From NCBI GenBank assembly GCA_963749235.1, contig CAVVLV010000001.1:410989-474988 (forward strand): a stretch of DNA of 64,000 nt. Direction: 5' to 3'. The position numbers were made by a program, and so were the translations under genes. Source of the stretch: an uncultured Thermoplasmata archaeon. GTDB taxonomy: Archaea; Thermoplasmatota; Thermoplasmata; Lutacidiplasmatales; UBA184. Below are positions 50,701 through 61,129 of the stretch, one piece after another. Under the pieces are notes generated by a model. That model saw only the letters and a list, made by a program, of their open reading frames with translations. It made no database searches and had not been told where the DNA came from. The first letter of the stretch is position 1. Every line of letters begins with the position of its first letter.

Positions 50701-51388
50701 GGCGACGGTCGTCCTGGAGCTCCTTGTACTGGATCGCCTGGAGGCGTTGACTGCCCAAGGTCCCGAGTCGGCCCTGCACCTCTCCCAAGAGCGTCTGGAT
50801 GCGGGCGAGGTTCGAGTCCAAGTCGACCCGCTTTGCCGCCGCATGCTCGAGCTCGTCGTCGTACTGGCTGATCCCCGCGAGGCGCTCCACGAGGCCGCGA
50901 CGCGGGACCGGGCCCATCGTCACGATCTTGTTGACGTCGCCTTGCTGGACCAGGTTGTACCCGTCCCCGCTCAGGCGGGCGTGGGACAGGATGGAGTCGA
51001 TCTCGGTCTGGGTCGTTCGCTTGCCGTTGACGTAGAAGTAGGAGTAGTAGCCGTCGGGGTCGTTCGGGGCCAGCTTGACGTAGCGCGTGACCTCGACCTC
51101 GGCCGAGTCGAGCGGGAGCAGTTTGTCGGCATTGTCGAAGACCAGGGAGACCTCGCACTCGGTCGACGGCTTCTTCGAAGACCCGCCGTTGAAGAAGAGG
51201 TGGGTCAACCGCTCGGCCCGGAGGGCCTTCGAGCTGGTCGGTCCGAGGACGAACAAGATCGCGTCGGAGATGTTCGACTTGCCCATGCCGTTCGGGCCCG
51301 CAACGCCCGTGAACCCGGGCTGGAACGGGATCTCGGTCGCCCCGGAGAAGGACTTGAAATTCCTCAGCTTGATCCGTTTCAGATGCAT
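47750..51388 (-). CDS. smc: Chromosome segregation protein SMC
   Basis: NFKSF, GPNGMGKSN, hinge GRATFLPLN, LSGGEKS, FDEVD. Confidence 0.98.
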   Translation of the reverse strand: MHLKRIKLRNFKSFSGATEIPFQPGFTGVAGPNGMGKSNISDAILFVLGPTSSKALRAERLTHLFFNGGSSKKPSTECEVSLVFDNADKLLPLDSAEVEVTRYVKLAPNDPDGYYSYFYVNGKRTTQTEIDSILSHARLSGDGYNLVQQGDVNKIVTMGPVPRRGLVERLAGISQYDDELEHAAAKRVDLDSNLARIQTLLGEVQGRLGTLGSQRLQAIQYKELQDDRRRTEARLARAGHRLAEQELTTCRKQVEAARAEIDRLQSERTKLDTRQKELATAIDSVDREVAEAGGAAAVKFKEELDGKKIAFARLDQNLSHLREACDALTARLEELAAAVGSDETQKETFESTEKTLSKKLEGLQAEADRQTREIQGAATPKGKGPDRLAEARKSQLELQRQVDAQQKSWQDAVQRREASSAALHTAEQVQAQSEDELREREVEVKDLELRMKETAPGKGSSESGSSGDLQKELHSLKAQEQALTAEADRLEREVGELNRRYVQLDARLKARSEAGGRPNQLAAVDYLLSQRNLGKIGGIRGTVEELAQYDPKHKTALQMAGGNRFQALVVESDQVAEQCIQLLRQEKRGRATFLPLNKMLPGRPHGKSLVVAKATGAQGFAVDLVHFDESLRAAFWYVFGETVVMGDLAQARAQMGGVRLVTLTGDLIEATGAISGGYLDPSSQGRGADSAVELRRLGDELREKSEAESAARIELQKTSDRLRVVAQELATRSIQDQAHQSTRKMLDGDLTSAREKLGAARARITTAEKEAQQATLTLTAAETSVQKLAASLAQLKERIAKAQEEYLGQLPEAISTRLRALQESAQKTADERMKANGELESTRASLTALIANLATHRTELDKVEAELAAKKKEILKSEKDARDARAALDALKSVESKQSETQKVLADKKRTLETERLDVTGKLGEVQANLTTRQGLVVQEETRLAQAEAKYNELQEALREFPEPEADEKPVPLDELKRKIATLTQQLEGLGAVNLRAVEEFDAEKARLDEFGTEATRLTSEKAELVALVGEIEKKKRLKIAEVVVQVNTNFKEIYGELSAGGEGEIALENPDDPLAGGLLIKARPVGKTVARLEQLSGGEKSLASLAFIFSLQRYDPSPLYVFDEVDMSLDGLNAEYVGRLLRRNAERAQFIVISLRKVTLKFAHHLFGVTMRGDGCSRVIGIHLDDIHDVEAREGARTADALPPNTPLEAR

Positions 51389-51447
51389 CGAGCGCTCCCC
51401 CTCACTGCCTGAGCCTCTCGCCGCTTCCCATGCCGATTCTGGCTGTT

Positions 51448-51497
51448 TGTCAGACAGATGTCAGCAAGGGTAAGCTGTTCTGTCAGCCATATTTAAG
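51448..51497 (-). promoter_or_regulatory. smc promoter region with TATA-like box and three TGTCAG repeats
   Basis: TGTCAG at 51448, 51459 and 51481; CTTAAATAT on minus strand near 51490-51498. Confidence 0.5.
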
Positions 51498-51539
51498 ACT
51501 ACGTTTGGTGAGGCACATCAGGGCCCCGCGCCGGCTGAG

Positions 51540-51728
51540 TCAGGGCTCGGACTCGATCTTCTTGATCTTGCGATCCGCCGCGGACAGGGCGCGATCGTCC
51601 TGTTCGGCTTTGCTCTCGTCCGACGTGCGGCCGGTCTGGGTGGCCGTGTTGTCCGCGTCTTCCCATCGAACTGCGGCCTCGGCTCGCTCCAGGTTGGCCG
51701 CTTCCAGCCGCTTGGCTTTCTCGATCAC
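51540..51728 (-). CDS. Small charged hypothetical protein
   Basis: GTG start after GGGAG; 62 aa with helical composition. Confidence 0.35.
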   Translation of the reverse strand: MIEKAKRLEAANLERAEAAVRWEDADNTATQTGRTSDESKAEQDDRALSAADRKIKKIESEP

Positions 51729-51772
51729 GGGAGAACTCCCATCCGATGATCGGCGATAAGATCGACCTTCGC

Positions 51773-52087
51773 TCACGGCTCTCGACGACTTCGGAGCGCT
51801 CTCGGGGCCCACCCATGACGATCCATGCGGACGCGCGCCCCGCGAAAGGTCACGCCCTCCATCTCCAGTCGGAGTCGCTGTTCCTGGCCCTGTTCCCCCG
51901 GCAAGGCGATGCGGCCCCCCGCACCCACCACCCGATGCCATGGTAGTCCATCTCCCGCTTGGAGCGCCCAAACCGTGAGCCGGGCCGCACGCGGGAATCC
52001 CGCAGCCTCCGCAGCTTGACCATACGTGATCACCTTGCCCCGGGGTACGGCGGCGATGACGCCTCGGATCCGGGCGAGGTTCGTCAT
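51773..52087 (-). CDS. Alkyltransferase-like (ATL, MGMT family) protein
   Basis: VPRGKVITYGQ, PWHRVV (Trp replaces the catalytic Cys), QRLRLEMEGV. Confidence 0.9.
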   Translation of the reverse strand: MTNLARIRGVIAAVPRGKVITYGQAAEAAGFPRAARLTVWALQAGDGLPWHRVVGAGGRIALPGEQGQEQRLRLEMEGVTFRGARVRMDRHGWAPRALRSRREP

Positions 52088-52259
52088 GATCCGTCCTGGA
52101 GGGGGACCCACCCCCGGCGATATGAGTGATGGGAACGGCTCGGATCGAGTCGCGGCTCCAATGGGCACGCTCCGGCACCGTTCTTCAGTGGCCTGAACCC
52201 GCGACGGGAAGCGTACCGGAGGGAGGGGTCAATACCGTTCTCGACCTCTGAACGTTGAG

Positions 52260-52562
52260 ATGAGCGAGAATGGCCCGCGCGAGGGTACCCGGGACCTTCC
52301 CCGACGGAGCCCGGAGGCGGGCCATCGGGCCGTCGACCCTCATTCCCCGACCGGAATCGCCTACGACCGGCTGGCCCGACGCCAGCGACGTCGACTCGCG
52401 GAGATCCTCGGGATGGTTCGCTCCGGCCTCTCGTTCGAGGTTATCGTCGCCCAGTACGGCCGGGACCATCCTATCGAGCGGGACGTTACCGAGGAGGAGT
52501 TCCGGGCGGCCGAAGGGAAGGACGGGTCCGCACCAGTTGGTCCGGTCTCCCGCGCCCGGTGA
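52260..52562 (+). CDS. Hypothetical protein
   Basis: 100-aa ORF filling the intergenic gap; no recognisable motif. Confidence 0.35.
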   Translation: MSENGPREGTRDLPRRSPEAGHRAVDPHSPTGIAYDRLARRQRRRLAEILGMVRSGLSFEVIVAQYGRDHPIERDVTEEEFRAAEGKDGSAPVGPVSRAR

Positions 52563-52731
52563 CCTTCGCTCCTCGTCGGCCCTCGGGCCATTTCGCCCCT
52601 TAGCCGGAAGGATACCTGCCCCACCTGGAGTTGGTGCTTCTTGCGCGACGAATCGATCTCGTAGCGTTGCACCCGCTCGCTTCCGTCCCGCCAAGCTAAT
52701 GAATTCGGAAACCCAGCGCGGGCCCGCCGAC

Positions 52732-53539
52732 ATGGCGACCTTTGCGGACCGTTTGGGAGGATTCCCCCGCTGGGTCACCGAGGAGTACCTGGACGGAGAC
52801 CCGAAAGTCGGTCTTCACGGCCCCCGCCCATCTTGGAGCGTTCCGTCGGGCCTACCGGAACGCACGCGCCCTCCCGGTTCAGATCGCGAAGCTGACCTCC
52901 ACCCCACCCCCCCAGATGCGGACCTGGCTGAACGACCTGCGACGGACCGGTCTCGCCCAGGAGATCCGTTCCCGTTGCCCGCAGGCCACGGGGATGGGCA
53001 GCCCGAATGCCGAGGTTCTCTACCTTTTCGTGCGGGCCGCTCGACCGCGTGTCGTCGTGGAGACCGGGGTGGAGCGCGGAGTGAGCAGCGCCTACTTCCT
53101 TCAGGGCCTTTCGGACAACGGAGGGGGCGAGCTCTGGTCGATCGATCTTCCTACCATCGGCCCCTCGGGTCGTGTGAACCAGGACGGTCGCCTGGATCGC
53201 GCCCACGTGGATTCGATCGACCAGGTCGGTCAAGCCGTCCCCGACCGGCTTCGGAAACGGTGGCACCTGTCCCTTGGGGACGCCAAGGAGCTGCTGCCCA
53301 AAGTGGCCGCACCGGATCCATGGGACATCTTCTTCCACGACTCCGACCATAGCCGGGCCCACATGCTCTGGGAGTACGAGACGGCCTGGCCGCACCTTCG
53401 ACCGGGAGGGTTCCTTCTCTCGGACGATGTCCCGGACAACGACGCCTTCGTGACGTTCGCCAAATCCGTCGGCGGGACTCCCTTCCTCTGGCTACGCCGC
53501 GGAGCCCTCGCCCGGACCCCTCCTCCCAGCGCGGGATGA
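52732..53539 (+). CDS. Class I SAM-dependent methyltransferase (Methyltransf_24-like; frameshift near 52825)
   Basis: VVETGVERGVSS, WSIDLP, DIFFHDSDHS, LRPGGFLLSDD. Confidence 0.88.
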
Positions 53540-53543
53540 GCTC

Positions 53544-56500
53544 ATGATAGAAGTCCGAGACTTGGACTCGTCCGTCTCGGAGCGGCGAACTTTCAGGGGC
53601 AGCCCCTCCACGAATGGGAGAGGCCGAGTCAGTCCCTCATTGGCCCCCCTCCCTTCTGCTCTCTCGAGTCCCTACGTCGGGAGGGCGAATCGAGGTTCCC
53701 GAAAGGGGGCCGTCGTAACCCGGACTCTCGCTGTGGCGATCGCAGCCTCCTTTGTCTTCACATTAGTGCCGAGCGGATCGGTTCCGGTCGCGTTCTCAGC
53801 CCCGGACGTGACCTCCGCGGCGTCCCAATCACCTCAGGTCACCGGCCCCACGCTCTCGCTGGTCTGGACTAACGTCACGGCGAGTGCCGGTCCCGTGCCC
53901 CAGTGCCGGGATTCCGAGGGGCTGGCGTACGACACGGCCCTGGGCGAGGTAGTGATGTTCGGTGGGGTCTCTCAATGCGGTGGGCAGCCGAATGCCTACT
54001 CGCTCGCGGACACGTGGACCTATTCGGGCGCGGCGTGGACCAACATTTCGGGGTCCATGGTGACCGTTCCATCGGCTCGCTGGGGCATGGTCATGGTGTA
54101 TGATCCGGCCCTGAGGGAGGTCGTCCTGTTCGGCGGCACCGACGCGTTCGGAAACACCAACGATCAGACGTGGCTCTTCAACGGGACGTGGTTCGACAAC
54201 ACGTCGAACGAGACGGCATCGCCGCCGGCAATGTACGGGGCGGCGGCGACGTACGACCCGTCCCTGGGGGGCGTCCTAGTCTATGGGGGCGTCAGCGGCT
54301 TCGGTGGAACGACCTACAGTGGGACGTATCTCTTCAAGAACGGCCAATGGACCCAGTTGTCGGTCTCCGGTCCAGACCCCTTGCGCTCTGCCGGCCTGGT
54401 CTACGATAACGCCACCAACCAGAGTCTCTTGTTCGGAGGTTGGGATTCCAACAGTAACGCCCCCAGCAATGACGTGTGGGCATTCGCGTCCGGCTCTTGG
54501 TCGAGAATCTCCGTTTCGGGCACACTCCCCTCCGCGCGGTACTCCTTCGGAGAAGTGTATGATCCGGTGACCGCCAGCATCCTAGAATTCGGGGGGTTTG
54601 GGGGGGCGGTCACCCAGTACGTCGTGGGAGACAGCTGGGTGTACGCGAACCATACATGGACCAACGCCACCAGCACCCTCGCAGGGTCCTCCGCTGCACC
54701 TCGAGGCGGCGCCCGGCTGGTTTGGGACCCGGCGACCGATGTGGTCCTCCTCTTCGGAGGACAGGCCAACAGCGTCCGGAACAACGATACGTGGCTGGCC
54801 GTCCCACTCTCGCCGCCCGCGCTTTCGGTGACACCCGCCGCGATCGCACCGGGCCAGCGAGTGGACGTCAACGCCACCGTTACCGGCGGTGAGTTCCCGC
54901 TTACCTACTCCTATTCCGGACTCCCCTCCGGTTGCGTGTCCGTGAATGCGACCAATCTTTCGTGCTCCCCAAGCGGAACCGGGGAGTACACCGTATCGGT
55001 TCGGGTCCACGATCCGACGGGAAGCAACGGCACCGCGTCGGCGAGCCTGACGATTGGTTCCCCCGTAGCGATCACCTCGTTCACCGCGGTCCCCTCCAAT
55101 CTTCCGGTCGGCTCGACCTCGGACCTCAACGTCACCGCTACCGGGGGCTCGGCGCCGTACACCTACAGCTACACCGGGCTACCGCCGAACTGTGCGAGCG
55201 AGAATACCAGCCGCCTGACCTGCGCGAGCGAGTATGCCGGAAGCTTCAATGTGGTCGCCCACGTCGTCGATGCCGACCACGCGACGGCGCCGACGACATC
55301 GGTGATGGTGACGTACGTCTCCCAGGGCCCTTCCGGAACGTTCGGTTGGACCAACATCTCGTCGTTCGAGAAGAAGACCCCCGCCTGCCGGGACTCCGAG
55401 GGCTTGGTCTACGACCCGGCACTCGGAACGACGGTGATGTTCGGCGGGGTCTCGCAGTGTGGCCAGGTGAACTCCTACTCGGACGGGGACACGTGGACCT
55501 TCTCGAGTGGCCAGTGGACGAACATCTCGAGTTCGGTGGCGACGGCCCCCTCGGCGCGATGGGGGATGGTCATGGTGTACGACCCGGCCGAGTCGGAGGT
55601 CGTCTTGTTCGGCGGCTCAGATGTCTACGGGAACGTCAACACTCAAACCTGGACGTTCGACGGGACGTGGACGAACGTGACCGGCTCTCAAACCGTCTCC
55701 CCGCCGGCGTTGTACTCCGCGGGAGCGACCTACGACCCCGTCCTCGGTGGCGTCCTGATCTATGGGGGACAAGCGGGCTTCAACGGACCCACGGTCACTT
55801 ACAACCAGACCTGGCTGTTCAAAGCCGGCCAGTGGTCGCAACTGAATGTCTTCGGCCCTGATCCCCTCCGGTCGCCCTCCCTGGTCTACGACACGGCGAT
55901 CTCCGCGGACCTGTTGTTCGGGGGGGCGGACGGGACCACGGGGACCGACACCGACTCGACCTGGGTGTTCGCGGACGGGGCGTGGACCTTCCTCTCTCCC
56001 TCCTTCGCTCCGTCGGCCCGCTACGACGCGGGGGTCGCGTACCGATCCCACCTCCGCGTCGGTCGTCCTGTTCGGGGGGTTTGTAGCATCGGGGGCTGCG
56101 CTCGAGGACACGTGGGTCTTCGTCAATGGCACCTGGGCCGACCTCACGAGCGAAGTGCACACCGCTCCCTCCGCCCGGGGAGCAGAGCGGCTGGTCTGGG
56201 ACAGTGCCGAGAATTTCGGGATTTCGCTCGGCGGTCAACAGAACGGCTACCGGGTACTCGGACACGTGGGTCTTCCCGACCACTCCGCTCCTCGGCGCTT
56301 CCCTGATCGCTTCCGCGACCGTCGTGGACGTGGGGCAGAACATCTCATGGACCGCCACCACCCTCGGGAGTGCCGGGACGCTCAGCTACACGTATACCGG
56401 CTTGCCGACCGGTTGCGTTTCCACGGACCTCGCGACCCTGTCCTGCCTTCCCACCGGGCCCGGCACATTCGTCGTCACGGTGCAGGTGTCCAATGGTCTG

Positions 56501-57289
56501 GGCCACCAAGTGAACGCGAGTGCGGTGGCCCTCCTCGTCAACCCGGACCCTAGGGTTAGTCCCCTCAGCGCGTCACCCTCCTCGGCCCCAGTCGGTGGTT
56601 CCATCCTGCTGACCACGACGGTGACGGGAGGCACGCTTCCGCTCGCCTACACCTACACGGGTCTGCCGGCCGATTGCCGGACGGCGAACGCCTCCGTGCT
56701 GACCTGCACGAGCTCGCTCGCCGGCTCGTACACCGTGACCGTCCACGTGGTGGACGCCCGGGGTGTCTCGGCCGAGGGTACGGTCCAGATCTCCTTCACG
56801 ACCCCCGTAACCGGAGGTGGAGGCGGTTTCGGTGGCATTTCCTTCCTCGATTGGATCATTCTCGCCGCGGTGATCGCAGCCGCCCTGCTGGTCGGTCTTT
56901 TCCTTGCGAGCCGACGGCGGTCAGCGGATTCCGAATCCTCCGGTGTCGACGAAACCCTTCCTCCTCCTCCACCCGGCGCCGCCCCGGCAACGACTCCACT
57001 TCGACTCTCCCAGCGCGTGGTCGTTCACTTGGGCCAACAAGGTGGGATCGGCCCGTACGCACCCGCCTCGCCTGGACAGACCCAGGCCGGGATCGCGGAG
57101 GAACTGGGAACCGGTCAAAGTAACATCGCCAACGCCCTCGGCCGCTTGGTTGAGTCCGGCCTGGTCGAGGAGCAGCTCGGGCACGTCCAGGGGCAGCCCC
57201 GGCGGCTCAAGGTCTACCAATTGACCTCAAAGGGACAGATGGTGTATCGGGAACTGCGGGGCCTCCCTCACCGAGGACCGGGAGAGTAG
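53544..57289 (+). CDS. Surface protein: two kelch propellers + Ig-like repeats + TM + cytoplasmic winged HTH (frameshifts near 56043 and 56252)
   Basis: YD..LFGG..DTW kelch repeats; YTYTGLP.GC Ig modules; TM WIILAAVIAAALLVGLFLA; TQAGIAEELG..SNIANALGRLVESGLV..RRLKVYQLTSKG. Confidence 0.85.
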
Positions 57290-57642
57290 GGTCCTTGGGA
57301 CTCGCCCTCCCGTCGGGGGCGTGCGCCCCGCCGCCTGTAGCCTGAACCCTGGCTCTGGGGCCAGTCGCCGGGGTCGCTCTTCCGTGGAAAATCGCCCCGT
57401 GTCCGTGGGAGGATTTCAGCGTGTATCTGGGGTCCGGGGTGTATTCACGCGATATCTCCGGCAGGGGTATTTAGGGCCAGTCGACCGGAAGGAATACTGA
57501 TGACGCTCTCCACCCGCCCCGAGCCCAAAGCTCCCACCGATCCCAGCTTTTCCACCGGCCCGTTCCTCCCGCTTGATTCCCGTCATTTGCCGGTCGCGAG
57601 CCCGCCGGACGTGGTTCCCCTGGCCCGGGGAAGGGGGACCGC

Positions 57643-59980
57643 ATGAGCGCCCCGTTCCCTCGCCGGGGGTCGTTCGTGGTCTTGGTCGTGGGGGTCTTGC
57701 TCCTGGGGGCGCTCGGAGTGACCGTCGCGGTCGACACCCCGGGACTATTCTCCCACGGCCCCCCGCACCTCGCGTCGCAAACCGGCTCGAGCGGTCCGTT
57801 CTCGTGGACCAACATCAGCGCGACCGCGGGTGGGGCGCCGGCGTGTCGGGACTCGGAGGGACTGGTCGATGACGCGGCGCTCGGGGAGGTCATCCTGTTC
57901 GGCGGGGTCTCCCAGTGCGGCCAACCGAACTCCTACTCGCTCGGGGACACCTGGGCCTTCTCGAACGGCACGTGGACGAACCTCTCCTCGTCCCTGACGG
58001 TCGCCCCGTCCCCCCGGTGGGGGATGGCGATGGTCTACGACGCGGCCGCGCAGGAGATCGTACTGTTCGGAGGGACGGACACGTTCGGGAACACGAACGA
58101 CCAGACGTGGACCTTCAACGGGACGTGGACGAACGTCACGGCGGAGCAAACCGTCTCGCCTCCGGCGTTGTTCTCCCCGGGCGCGACATACGACCCCTCG
58201 GTGGGCGGGCTCCTCCTCTACGGCGGGGAGAGTGGGTTCTCGGGCCCGGAGTTCATCTACAACGCGACATGGCTGTTCCACGACGGCCAGTGGAGCGAAC
58301 TGAACGTGATGGGCCCGGACCCGCTCCGCTCTCCTTCGCTCGTGTATGACGCCGCGGCGAACGCCAGCATCCTGTTCGGGGGATACGACGGTCTCACCAA
58401 CGTGCCCATCAATCAGACCTGGTCGTTCGCGAACGATGCGTGGATCCTCCTTCACCCCTCGACCAGTCCCTCCGCCCGATTCACAAGCGGTGCGACCTAC
58501 GACCCCGTCACCGGTGCGATCGTTCTGTTCGCGGGCTTCACCTACCAATTCTGGGCGAGTAACGTCGCGGTCCAGGACACCTGGTCGTTCGCGAACGGGA
58601 CGTGGACCAACGTGACCGTCCCGCACTCGTCGACCCCCAGCCCGCGCGGTGGGGCTCGCATGGTGTGGGACGTGGCGGACGGCTACGGTCTCCTATTCGG
58701 CGGCCAATCGAACGGTGTCCGGTTCAACGACACCTGGACCTTCCCGCTGGCTACGCCCCTTCGCGGCGCGACCCTCACCGCGTCGAGCTCCACGATCTGG
58801 CTCTCGGAGTCAGTCTCCTTCTCGACCTCGACGTCCGGAGGGTTCTACCCGCTGACCTTCGTCTACTCGGGGCTCCCTGCCGGATGCGCGGGCGGCAATC
58901 TGTCGACCTTCACGTGCATCCCCACGGCGATCGGCAATTACACGGTGAGCGTCAACGTCACCGACACCAACCACACGTCGGTCGTCGCCTCCACCATTCT
59001 CTCGGTCGTGACGCCTCCCGTCGGCTCCTTCTCCTGGACGGACATCAGCGCGACCGCGGGTGGGGCGCCGGCGTGTCGGGACTCGGAGGGACTGGTCGAT
59101 GACGCGGCGCTCGGGGAGGTCATCCTGTTCGGCGGGGTCTCCCAGTGCGGCCAACCGAACTCCTACTCGCTCGGGGACACCTGGGCCTTCTCGAACGGCA
59201 CGTGGACGAACCTCTCCTCGTCCCTGACGGTCGCCCCGTCCCCCCGGTGGGGGATGGCGATGGTCTACGACGCGGCCGCGCAGGAGATCGGTACTGTTCG
59301 GAGGGACGGACACGTTCGGGAACACGAACGACCAGACGTGGACCTTCAACGGGACGTGGACGAACGTCACGGCGGAGCAAACCGTCTCGCCTCCGGCGTT
59401 GTTCTCCCCGGGCGCGACATACGACCCCTCGGTGGGCGGGCTCCTCCTCTACGGCGGGGAGAGTGGGTTCTCGGGCCCGGAGTTCATCTACAACGCGACA
59501 TGGCTGTTCCACGACGGCCAGTGGAGCGAACTGAACGTGACGGGCCCGGACCCGCTCCGCTCCCCCACCCTGGTCTACGATGCCGCCACGAGCTCGGACA
59601 TCCTGTTCGGAGGGTTCGACGGAATGACGGGGACCTCCTCGGGCGCGACCTGGAGCTTCGCGAGCGGGGCGTGGACGCTGCTCTCACCCTCGGCGAGCCC
59701 CGGCGCCCGATTCGCGGCCGGCGCGACGTTCGACCCGGCGACCGGCGCGGTCGTCCTGTTCGGCGGCTTCACGACGGAATATGGCAATGTCAACTCGCCG
59801 TTGAGCGACACGTGGACTTTCGTCAACGGAACGTGGGTGAACGTCACCCCCCTTGCGCATTCGGCTCCCAGCCCGCGCGGCGGACCCCGGCTGGTGTGGG
59901 ATGCGACCGACGGATACGGGATCCTGTTCGGTGGCCAGTCCAACGGCTACCGGTACACCGACACCTGGGAGTTCTCCTAG
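57643..59980 (+). CDS. Secreted or N-anchored double kelch-propeller protein (frameshift at about 59291)
   Basis: N-terminal hydrophobic helix; two propellers starting CRDSEGL..FGGVSQCG separated by one Ig module; no C-terminal anchor. Confidence 0.85.
57812..59562 (+). repeat. Near-identical intragenic direct repeat of about 520 bp (57812-58331 and 59042-59562)
   Basis: By eye the copies differ only by one inserted G (about 59291) and one T/C (58310/59541). Confidence 0.9.
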
Positions 59981-60008
59981 GGCAAGGTCCGGTTCCGATC
60001 CCGGTCTT

Positions 60009-60887
60009 TCAAGGAGGGCCGGGGCCTTGGGGGGGTGAGGATTCAGGAGCGAGCCCGGGTGCGGTAGGCGGGATGTCCCTCAGAAGGATGTCGGGGCCAT
60101 CCCCGTGCCAAGCTCCTTGGAGATAGGCCACTCCTCCGATCGTGATTCCGGCGAGGAACCGTGCGGTGGTCCGCCGGGTCAAGCGCAGGAGTCGGACGTA
60201 TTCCGGATACCGGAATCCAATGACGCGGAAGATCCGCGCTCCCCACATCATGTGCGTACCGCGCCGCCAGGGCGACACGGTCGGGGAGCTCCCCGCTCGC
60301 CTCGGTTTGAGGTCGTCCGCCAACCTTGGCAGCAGCACCCGCTCGAACCTCAGCCCGCCCCGGAAGGCCCGGAGCCAGAGCGGTGGCTCCTCCCGCTCCT
60401 GACGGGGCTCGTAGCCACCCACCCGCTCGAACGCCTCCTTCCGCCACGCGTAGACGTGCGTCGAGGAGGGGTCGAAGTCTCCGTTGCCGATCCCGAACGC
60501 CGCGTCGCAGGACGGATGGTCCCGCACGTGCAGCGCGAGGGCACGAAGGACCCCGGGCGCATACCGGTTGTCACCGTCTACCTGAGTCACCACGATCGAG
60601 GTGTGGGCCAACGCGACGGCGAGATTCCGTCCGTCGCCCCGGTGGCACGACCGCTCGATCACCGTGACTTCAGGGTGGGTCCGTGCGACCTCCGCCAGGA
60701 TCGCTTGGGTTCCGTCATTCGACAGGGAATCCACGATGACCAGTTCGCCCTCGCCGGCGACTTGGGGAAGGACCGTTTCCAGCGAATCGCGAAGCGTCCC
60801 GGCGTTGTTTCGCACGGTCATGGTCACGGAGAACCAAGCGGGGGGGCGTCGAGATGTGTCAAGCACTCCGGGCGGCTCGTCAGTCAT
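60009..60887 (-). CDS. Family 2 glycosyltransferase
   Basis: FSVTMTVRN, LVIVDSLSNDGT, RGDGRN.A, VDGDN, FERVGGY. Confidence 0.88.
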   Translation of the reverse strand: MTDEPPGVLDTSRRPPAWFSVTMTVRNNAGTLRDSLETVLPQVAGEGELVIVDSLSNDGTQAILAEVARTHPEVTVIERSCHRGDGRNLAVALAHTSIVVTQVDGDNRYAPGVLRALALHVRDHPSCDAAFGIGNGDFDPSSTHVYAWRKEAFERVGGYEPRQEREEPPLWLRAFRGGLRFERVLLPRLADDLKPRRAGSSPTVSPWRRGTHMMWGARIFRVIGFRYPEYVRLLRLTRRTTARFLAGITIGGVAYLQGAWHGDGPDILLRDIPPTAPGLAPESSPPQGPGPP

Positions 60888-61129
60888 TCCACCTTGGGTG
60901 CACGCCCGGGACGGATAATGGGTTGGGGACCCCAAGGGGGTCTCCCGCGATTGCGGACCGGGCTGGCGGTCTTCCCTGGGGGGGCACCCCTCCCCTCCTC
61001 GGCCGCACCGCGTCACCCCAAAGGTACGGAGGAGGGCATATCGCCGCCCGCTGCCGGCGAGTGGCGCTCGGTCGAACGCCGTCATCCCGAGAAGCCAATC
61101 CGGGGCCCGCGTCGTCCCAGACCGAAGGA

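Noticed and set aside
18398..51412. Very long antisense or alternate-frame ORFs (e.g. 18398-21295 +, 49169-51412 +)
   Set aside because: Shadow ORFs expected in high-GC DNA opposite well-supported genes
57379..57400. TTCCGTGGAAA as an ORB origin box
   Set aside because: Single partial match, no G-string, no adjacent cdc6 or AT-rich unwinding element
57497..57580. C/D box sRNA starting at TGATGA
   Set aside because: No convincing D, D' or C' boxes at the expected spacing
57812..59562. Repeat pair as a DGR template/variable region
   Set aside because: No reverse transcriptase in the window, no adenine-specific mismatches, and both copies are coding
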